From a virus (Duplodnaviria > Caudoviricetes): 64,000 nucleotides of DNA. Position 1 is the stretch's first letter; every line of letters starts with the position of its first letter. The stretch is from positions 1-64,000 of IMG/VR virus record IMGVR_UViG_3300042543_000618, one strand, 5' to 3'. A program made the translations under genes and the position numbers. This document shows positions 57,902 through 64,000 of this stretch, piece after piece. The notes beneath the pieces were generated by a model. That model was not told the origin of the DNA, did not search any database, and saw only the letters and a list, made by a program, of their open reading frames with translations.

Positions 57902-60856
57902 CTAGGAGTAAATAACGTACTGTTGGGGAAACTGAACGTCGATGCCGACAACGCCGGGTGAACCGGCAGGGCGCAAAGGTTTCCCCTTTAGCTCCTCAGG
58001 CATCTTTTCTACAAATTCGTCCAGTGCTTTGGTTAGGTCGGCATTCATCGCCTTCACCGTCCCCGCCGCTTGGTAGTCGTTCATAAACGGCAATTCTTGA
58101 GCGAAACGGGTGCAGTATTGCAGGAACCGGACAAAGTTCACCATCGGGTCCGTCGGGGTGTCGGTCATGCCCGCGATCGCCCTGGCGCTGTCGGTCAAGA
58201 AAGAAACCGTCTCCGGGCTGCCCCAGGCGTCCTTGTCCATATAACAAGCCTTGGCTAGGTTGCGGGTTAGTTGGGTGATGGTGATACCGAATACATCAGT
58301 GGGGGGCATACCGCCGGAAGAGTAGGGGCGATGGGCCTTGGGTTGCTTGCCACCGATACCCTTACCGGCATGGGCACTACCGGACTCATCCATTTGTACT
58401 TTTTTACCACCCTTAGGCTGTGGGCTTTTGGCGTCAACCTTACGACCCATCGCCGGGATGCCCGTATCCCGCCATGAGCCAGAGCCAAACTCACGCCCAG
58501 GATTACCCAGGGCTTTGCGGAGGAAGTTATCGATAGTCATGGGGGTGCCTGTCTTGTTAAGTTGGTTTCGCTGGGCAACTTCTTCGTCAATTCTTCGTAG
58601 TGCTTGATCTCGCTTTATTTCTGCGTTGAAGCGGTAAAGCGCTCTGTCTGGCCCAGAAAGGTGGAGCCCTAGCCTTTCTTCCCGGGCTAACCTTGTCGCT
58701 TCTGCTAGTTGAGCGTCAAGCATGTCTGTGTGGTTTTGGTCCGACTCTTGCATTCGGACGCCTTTGGCCCAGTCAATGATCGCACCGAAAACTTTATTGA
58801 AAGGGCGTTGATACGCGCCGTCATTGTTTTGCCAAATTTCTCCTGCTACTTCTTTCTCAAATAGCCTATAAACGTTATCAATTTTTTTGTTGATCTTTTC
58901 GACAAATTCCCGCTCTGGCACGGCATCCATTTTTACTGCCGTGGAAATGACTTGATTGAGCCGCGACTTAAGTTTTTTGTTAAGTGCGTCGGGGATCTTA
59001 GTGCCGTCACCCCTGCGTAGGTCTAATGAAGCGACAAGCGCCTTCAGGCTTGCAGGTGTTGCGATCGCGTCATCCTCCGGCATCGCGCCATCATCCGCCC
59101 CCTCCATCGCCTCACCCTCAGGCATAGGGATATCGCTTTGGTTCAAGCTGGCCAGATATTCCCCAATAGTTTGGATCTTGAACTCAGGTTTAACCTTTCT
59201 CAATAAATCCCTATTTTTTCGCGTGTTTGGGACTTCTCTTATTACGTTGCCATCAGCATCTCGAATAATATAAGACGCTGGCGTTTGCCCTCGCATCCCT
59301 GTAATTGTTTCTTTCATCGGGATTTGACGCCCACCCTCGCCCTCCTCCTCCGCCGCCGCCGCTGGTTCGGCCTCGGGCATGGCCATGGGGCGATCGCTGA
59401 TCTTTCTCGCCAAATCGTTATCAAACCTAATGGGCTTGATATTTAGCTTTTTGTACTTGTTTCCGTAGGTGGTTGAAACGGATACGTTGAACATCTCTCC
59501 GTTAGGATTGATCAGCGTTGCGGCGGGCTTGTCGCCAGAAAACCAGACCAATGCAGGCGTCTCGTTTCCGTCAAAATTTATCGTCCTGACTACTCCTTCG
59601 GATGGACTTCTAGGAATGCCGCCAGCTTCATTGATAATGCGGGTTCGTTCGCCCCCCTCAAAGTACTGAAGGATAGACCGAGCCATCTGGGCAGCCTTAC
59701 CCCGATGCTGCTGGCTTTTACTTCTTCTTTCCTTGGACTCATCCAGAGAGGCAATATTAGCACCATCATCCCCACCCGCAGGCTCATCCTCCGCCGCCGC
59801 TGGTTCAGCCTCGGGCATGGCAGCATGGTAGGGGCTTGGCGCATCATCCCCACCCGCAGGTTCACCCTCAGGCATAGGCTCATCCGCGATCGCGGCTTGC
59901 TGCTGCTCTAGCATTTCGCCAACGGTGGGTTCGGGGTCCTGGGCGGCGGGTTCATCCTCCACCACCGGGACGATCGCGGGCTTTTCCGCCTTCTTCTTCC
60001 CGCCAGACGGCTTACCGCTGGCTTTGGGTTTGTCCATCCGTTCCCAGCGGCTATTGCTATTCAGCCGATAGGTAACACCGTCCTCTACTTTGGTATCGCC
60101 CTCATTGTGGCCACCAAACAAGCCTAGCTGGCCCGGGGAGGGTGCCCGCCGCCGTCCTGCCTTGCGGAGGACAATGCCATGCTCCTCGCTAGGGTGAGCG
60201 GTATAGGCGATGCCATTCAGGTAGATGTAATGCTGTTGCTTCTGAGCGAGCATGGTATTACCCACAGATTTAGCAAGCGCGGTGATGTACGCGCCATTGT
60301 CGGGGGCCTCGGACTCAATTAGTCGATTAGCCGGGTTGTCAGTGATGCTGAGCTCATCGAGCCGCACGTCGGTAATGAGGTTACAGGTCCGCCCGATCGC
60401 ATCTCTACCGGGGCGTACACCGTTGATCTTGCCACCAACGCTAACGCCAAGGTGAACCATGCCCTCTTTGAGCATATTCCACACCACCCGGGCGATGGGG
60501 TTAGCACCAGATAGGACACCCCGCCAGCGGGTAGTGCCATCGCTATCGACACTCATCTCAGTCACCCGGCCCAGGGGGAGCGCGATCGCGGCAAGTAGCC
60601 CCACTTGCTGGTCGTAGGGAATATTAAGGGCAGAGATGGACTGCTTTAGAAATCGCTCCCAAAAGCCATGGTGCAGGCGAATGGGGCCACCCTTTAGCCC
60701 GTCCGGGCCACGGGTTGCCATGAAGCCAGGGATAGCGCGTTGAATCGCGTTCGGGCAAATGGCATCGCCGTCAAGATCTCTAAAAAAATTGGAGGCTACC
60801 CCGCCCACAACCATATCGGCTGACTTGGACAGGATAGCCTCCAGAGGAAGAACCAT
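57902..60856 (-). CDS. Prohead protease (HK97/S78-like) fused to leader-bearing cargo cassettes
   Basis: G.AS...RD.DGD.I, IRLHH, LG.SVGG, L.E.S.TD.PAN; long internal insert. Confidence 0.85.
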   Translation of the reverse strand: MVLPLEAILSKSADMVVGGVASNFFRDLDGDAICPNAIQRAIPGFMATRGPDGLKGGPIRLHHGFWERFLKQSISALNIPYDQQVGLLAAIALPLGRVTEMSVDSDGTTRWRGVLSGANPIARVVWNMLKEGMVHLGVSVGGKINGVRPGRDAIGRTCNLITDVRLDELSITDNPANRLIESEAPDNGAYITALAKSVGNTMLAQKQQHYIYLNGIAYTAHPSEEHGIVLRKAGRRRAPSPGQLGLFGGHNEGDTKVEDGVTYRLNSNSRWERMDKPKASGKPSGGKKKAEKPAIVPVVEDEPAAQDPEPTVGEMLEQQQAAIADEPMPEGEPAGGDDAPSPYHAAMPEAEPAAAEDEPAGGDDGANIASLDESKERRSKSQQHRGKAAQMARSILQYFEGGERTRIINEAGGIPRSPSEGVVRTINFDGNETPALVWFSGDKPAATLINPNGEMFNVSVSTTYGNKYKKLNIKPIRFDNDLARKISDRPMAMPEAEPAAAAEEEGEGGRQIPMKETITGMRGQTPASYIIRDADGNVIREVPNTRKNRDLLRKVKPEFKIQTIGEYLASLNQSDIPMPEGEAMEGADDGAMPEDDAIATPASLKALVASLDLRRGDGTKIPDALNKKLKSRLNQVISTAVKMDAVPEREFVEKINKKIDNVYRLFEKEVAGEIWQNNDGAYQRPFNKVFGAIIDWAKGVRMQESDQNHTDMLDAQLAEATRLAREERLGLHLSGPDRALYRFNAEIKRDQALRRIDEEVAQRNQLNKTGTPMTIDNFLRKALGNPGREFGSGSWRDTGIPAMGRKVDAKSPQPKGGKKVQMDESGSAHAGKGIGGKQPKAHRPYSSGGMPPTDVFGITITQLTRNLAKACYMDKDAWGSPETVSFLTDSARAIAGMTDTPTDPMVNFVRFLQYCTRFAQELPFMNDYQAAGTVKAMNADLTKALDEFVEKMPEELKGKPLRPAGSPGVVGIDVQFPQQYVIYS

Positions 60857-60874
60857 GGAGGAGATACGGACTAG

Positions 60875-60917
60875 GAAAAAATAAATTATGCCTACGCTAT
60901 GCCTATCTTAGCGTAGG
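60875..60917 (-). terminator. Hairpin/terminator upstream of the head operon
   Basis: CCTACGCTA...TAGCGTAGG followed by a U-rich tract on the minus strand. Confidence 0.55.
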
Positions 60918-60929
60918 TTCGAGAAATGG

Positions 60930-61109
60930 TTAGAATGGTGGCCCAATCAAACCACTGTCAATGTCCACCGTGACAATTCTGGACGTGTTGCCGCCCAGGG
61001 GTAATTTAACCATCACCTTGTCGTCAATGGCCGCAAAGACAAACGCCTGTTGCCAGGGTTCCTCCGTGGATGGACGGTAGGCGATCGCGTAACCAGGTTT
61101 CAGGTTCAT
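60930..61109 (-). CDS. Small hypothetical protein (59 aa)
   Basis: GGAGG RBS; ATGA-coupled; MNLKPGYAIAYR... Confidence 0.5.
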   Translation of the reverse strand: MNLKPGYAIAYRPSTEEPWQQAFVFAAIDDKVMVKLPLGGNTSRIVTVDIDSGLIGPPF

Positions 61110-61558
61110 ACCGCCACCTCCTGACTAGCTTTTAAGATCAATCCCGGGATCATCCATCCGACTTCCGCAAAAGTTTCGCAGTAGCCGTAGAAGTGTTTCC
61201 ACACGAAATAGGGAAAGTCTTCGTCGGTGTCAAGGCTTGCCACGTCAATCCGGATGATGATGCCGGTGAGGTTTAACCCCTCCTTGTCAAGCAGGATATT
61301 CAGGATCTCTTCAAAGTCCAAATCGTCTTTGTCTAAGGTTTCTAGTAACCCCTGTCCGGTAGGAGATTCTCTGCTAAAGTTGCCTATTGTTGGCCGGTAG
61401 TTAACTTGACGAAAGAACTCAGCCCAGTCCACCTCTTCAAGCAGGTGAGCCAGCGGCGGCCAGTTGCCTAGCCAGTCCTCCATGTCGTTGTCTAGGCTGA
61501 TTAGCGACAGCGGCAGGATTAGCCCTACCGCCATGTTGTCGGGTAGTTTGATGTTCAT
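61106..61558 (-). CDS. Hypothetical acidic protein
   Basis: 150 aa, directly after dnaN. Confidence 0.55.
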   Translation of the reverse strand: MNIKLPDNMAVGLILPLSLISLDNDMEDWLGNWPPLAHLLEEVDWAEFFRQVNYRPTIGNFSRESPTGQGLLETLDKDDLDFEEILNILLDKEGLNLTGIIIRIDVASLDTDEDFPYFVWKHFYGYCETFAEVGWMIPGLILKASQEVAV

Positions 61559-61560
61559 GG

Positions 61561-62682
61561 TTATTCCCTAATCTGAATGGGCATTACCAGATAGGTCGCC
61601 GGGGACCCATCTGTAAAAACCACTGGCTTAGTCGGCTCGTTCATCTCCACGGTGAAGACTTCGCCAAGGATCGCGTTGGTTAGCGCCTCCTTGATATACT
61701 TGCCATTTCCCGCCAGGGTGATGGGTTCGCTACAAGTTACGCCCTCGACATGCTCCTGAGCCTTGGCCGCCTCTTTTGCCTCCGCACTCATTACCAGCCC
61801 GGCGGTGTCAAATTGAAGTTTGACAATATCCTTGCTTTCGCCTGCTACCACCAGGGTGCGATCTAGGGCGGCTAAAAAAGGCTTGCGATCGCAGGTCGCG
61901 ATCTTGGCAAACACCTTAGGAAACAATTGCCGATAGTTGGGATACTGGCCCTCCAGGACACGGCTATAGAGCTCGGTGTTGCCGCATAGGGCATGTACAG
62001 ACACGTCATCAAAGGTTAATTTGACGATGCCTTCGTAGCCCTTCAGGACGGTTAGCAATTCCCTCAGGCTCTTCCCGGGTAGGGTGACGGGGCGATAGTC
62101 ATCGGGGATGACAACGCTACCGGGTAGCGGGTAGGCGATCATCCGATGGCCATCGGTGGCCGCTAACTCTATCACCCCTGCCTCCCTTTCTTCGCCGGGG
62201 GTAACGGAGAAGTGAACGCCGGTAAGTACCTGCTTGCTTTCGTCAGTACTGGCACAGAACACCGTAGCCGCGATCGCGGCCCGTAGTTCTTCTGAGGATA
62301 TGGACAACTCCACCGGGGTGCCGTCCACCTCGGGCAGGTTGGGGTAGTCCTCAGCCAGGAGGGTATTAATGCGGTACTCACCGCCCAGGGTGGTTAGCAC
62401 CAGGACAGGGTATTGCAGGTCTAAGGCTACCTGCCCTGATAGGCGCTCCAGGATGGGCTTTAGGTAGGTTGGGGATATGCAACAATCACCGGATTGCTCC
62501 ATATCCACTGGCAAGGAAAAGCTAATCCCTAGCGCCTCGTCAAACCCTTTTAGGATAAGACTGCCATTGTCTAGCTGCATCAGCATATGCCCCAGGACAG
62601 GGCGGCTAGGGCGCTTAGGGATAGCGCGATCGCATAGCGCGATCGCCTCTGCCAGATCACCCGCATCAACTGAAAATTTCAT
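61561..62682 (-). CDS. dnaN: DNA polymerase III beta sliding clamp (phage-encoded)
   Basis: 373 aa; P.R...PVL, VLTGV, ATDGHR, GQYPNYRQLFP, YLVMPIQ. Confidence 0.95.
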   Translation of the reverse strand: MKFSVDAGDLAEAIALCDRAIPKRPSRPVLGHMLMQLDNGSLILKGFDEALGISFSLPVDMEQSGDCCISPTYLKPILERLSGQVALDLQYPVLVLTTLGGEYRINTLLAEDYPNLPEVDGTPVELSISSEELRAAIAATVFCASTDESKQVLTGVHFSVTPGEEREAGVIELAATDGHRMIAYPLPGSVVIPDDYRPVTLPGKSLRELLTVLKGYEGIVKLTFDDVSVHALCGNTELYSRVLEGQYPNYRQLFPKVFAKIATCDRKPFLAALDRTLVVAGESKDIVKLQFDTAGLVMSAEAKEAAKAQEHVEGVTCSEPITLAGNGKYIKEALTNAILGEVFTVEMNEPTKPVVFTDGSPATYLVMPIQIRE

Positions 62683-63221
62683 TGCAATACTCCCGCTTTT
62701 TCAATGAAATAGGAACCGTGAATAAACCTTTTAATGCCTGCATCGGCGGCGGCATAGTAGGCTTCTGTTTGCAGCCCCACCATGGTGGTCTGTTCAGGCG
62801 TCACCCTAAACCAATCCATGGCCGATAGGATCATGCCTGGCTGGGGCATCCGGTAGCCGGTGTTGGCGTACTTTTGACATTGGCTGTACACCTTGGGAGA
62901 GAACGGCATGGTCATCTGGACAGCATAATTTCCAGAGCCACCCCGGGCCAAAGGGCAAAACCAGATGGCTTGAACCCAATAGTTAGACAGCTCAAACATG
63001 GCCCCGAATAGGCTTTGACACGCACCGAAAGCCAAGTGGCCTTTCTCAACGCCGCCTTGGTTGCTACAGATAGCGACACTGTAGCCCTTGTCAACGTAAG
63101 GCTCCAGTGCACCTAGGATGCCTGGGACCAGGATCATGTCCTCCCGGTTGTTGATGTAGACACCGGGTCCGTTTTTGTGCTGCACTAGGGCGGTGTGGTC
63201 TAGCAAGAGTAGTCGCTTCAT
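62679..63221 (-). CDS. HAD-IIIA (GmhB/PNK-phosphatase-like) protein with a degenerate active site
   Basis: SNQGGV, FCP, R.P.PGM; the DxD, K and GD catalytic positions are replaced. Confidence 0.7.
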   Translation of the reverse strand: MKRLLLLDHTALVQHKNGPGVYINNREDMILVPGILGALEPYVDKGYSVAICSNQGGVEKGHLAFGACQSLFGAMFELSNYWVQAIWFCPLARGGSGNYAVQMTMPFSPKVYSQCQKYANTGYRMPQPGMILSAMDWFRVTPEQTTMVGLQTEAYYAAADAGIKRFIHGSYFIEKAGVLQ

Positions 63222-64000
63222 CGTTCTCCCTCCATGACTGCTGTAATGAATTGGGCGGCTTGCTGGGGAACGATGGCGTTTCCGTAGCCGCGTAGCCTCA
63301 TGGTTCTGGCTTCCGCCGTTTCATTTGCCGGTATGCCAGGATTGCTGCCACACACCAGATCGGCGGGAACCCCATTAACCAACGGGAAAATGCTGCGTTG
63401 AGCTGGCCGGGCTTTTCCGTCGGCGCAGGGGAGCCAGTCGGGGTGTTGCCATGGGTTAACCTGGCTACCTCGTTCAAGGGTCTGACATTGTCCCCATGTT
63501 TGTTGCTGGCGCTGGATTTCCAATCCCTGGCCGCCGGCGTCGGCCAGGGAACTAACATCACCTGATCGTTGAGAGATCGCCCGTGAACGTTTTTCACCCA
63601 CCGACGGCTGTAGCCGCCCTTGTTGTCCTTGGCTTGGGGTGTTGACCAAGGTGCCAACCCAGTACAGTCGCTGGCGCAGATGGGGCGCACCGAGCCCCGC
63701 AGCGCATAGATCGACTGCCCCGCAGGCGTAGTCCGCTGCTTCCAGGTCAGTTGATACAACATCCCACCATCCAAGGGCATCGCTTGATGCAACTTGCTCA
63801 CCAAAGACGATCTCAGGGCGACACTGGCTAATGAGCCAAAAGAACGCTGGCCATAGGTGCCGCTCATCAGCAGTCCCTTTTCCTTTGCCTGCCGCGCTGA
63901 AAGGCTGGCATGGGCAACTACCGGTCCAGACGGGTCGGTCCTCTGGCCATCCGGCAAGTTGCAAGGCATAGGGCCACCCACCGATACCGGCGAAGAAGTG
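63218..64000 (-). CDS. C5-cytosine DNA methyltransferase (alpha chain), 5' end beyond the window
   Basis: HFFAGIGGW, GSCPCQPFS, GEQV, RQRLY, GYGNAIVP. Confidence 0.92.
   Translation of the reverse strand, partial: HFFAGIGGWPYALQLAGWPEDRPVWTGSCPCQPFSAAGKGKGTADERHLWPAFFWLISQCRPEIVFGEQVASSDALGWWDVVSTDLEAADYACGAVDLCAAGLGAPHLRQRLYWVGTLVNTPSQGQQGRLQPSVGEKRSRAISQRSGDVSSLADAGGQGLEIQRQQQTWGQCQTLERGSQVNPWQHPDWLPCADGKARPAQRSIFPLVNGVPADLVCGSNPGIPANETAEARTMRLRGYGNAIVPQQAAQFITAVMEGER
63298..63981 (-). CDS. Alternative-frame beta chain of the C5 methyltransferase (EcoHK31I-like)
   Basis: Long overlapping ORF with WxTP.A.D.K repeats and LN..FSRWLMGFP..W (motif IX-like). Confidence 0.6.
   Translation of the reverse strand: MGGPMPCNLPDGQRTDPSGPVVAHASLSARQAKEKGLLMSGTYGQRSFGSLASVALRSSLVSKLHQAMPLDGGMLYQLTWKQRTTPAGQSIYALRGSVRPICASDCTGLAPWSTPQAKDNKGGYSRRWVKNVHGRSLNDQVMLVPWPTPAARDWKSSASNKHGDNVRPLNEVARLTHGNTPTGSPAPTEKPGQLNAAFSRWLMGFPPIWCVAAILAYRQMKRRKPEP

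Larger units (their letters stand above)
1..64000. mobile_element. Temperate cyanobacterial myovirus (prophage or phage-plasmid); both ends extend beyond the window
   Basis: Portal, terminase, protease, capsid, sheath, tube, tape measure, baseplate, serine integrase and replication genes; no host genes; dense HIP1 sites. Confidence 0.93.

Noticed and set aside
27301-60856. Extracellular contractile injection system or tailocin
   Set aside because: Capsid, protease, portal and terminase are present, so this is a complete phage
1-64000. tRNA, rRNA or IS transposase genes
   Set aside because: No cloverleaf, rRNA-like tract or transposase motif recognised by eye

Overview
The whole window is phage DNA, with no host housekeeping genes. 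It is part of a large (>64 kb) temperate myovirus (prophage or phage-plasmid) of a cyanobacterium, judged from the very abundant HIP1 octamer GCGATCGC and cyanobacteria-type small genes such as DUF2811. A minus-strand morphogenesis operon (about 60.9 to 27.3 kb) encodes prohead protease, scaffold, HK97-fold major capsid, neck, sheath, tube, a frameshifted tail chaperone, a tape measure with lysozyme, endolysin, baseplate and fibres. The portal (3.1-4.7 kb) and terminase (13.9-16.3 kb, + strand) lie far from it. The window also holds a large serine recombinase, a replication initiator, a phage-encoded beta clamp (dnaN) and two DNA methyltransferases. The most notable signal is a set of late proteins sharing one N-terminal module: a GIVLRK^AG predicted prohead-protease site, a QLGLF beta-clamp-binding motif and a YxLNxNxRW-type hairpin, each fused to a different cargo. 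One copy sits inside the prohead protease gene, ahead of linker-delimited cassettes. This suggests a capsid-packaged, clamp-targeting effector delivery system. Other candidates are a highly structured ~360-nt ncRNA with its own sigma70 promoter, a small CU-rich sRNA, a PatX-like peptide, and an EcoHK31I-type two-frame methyltransferase. All product calls come from motif recognition and synteny; no database searches were run.
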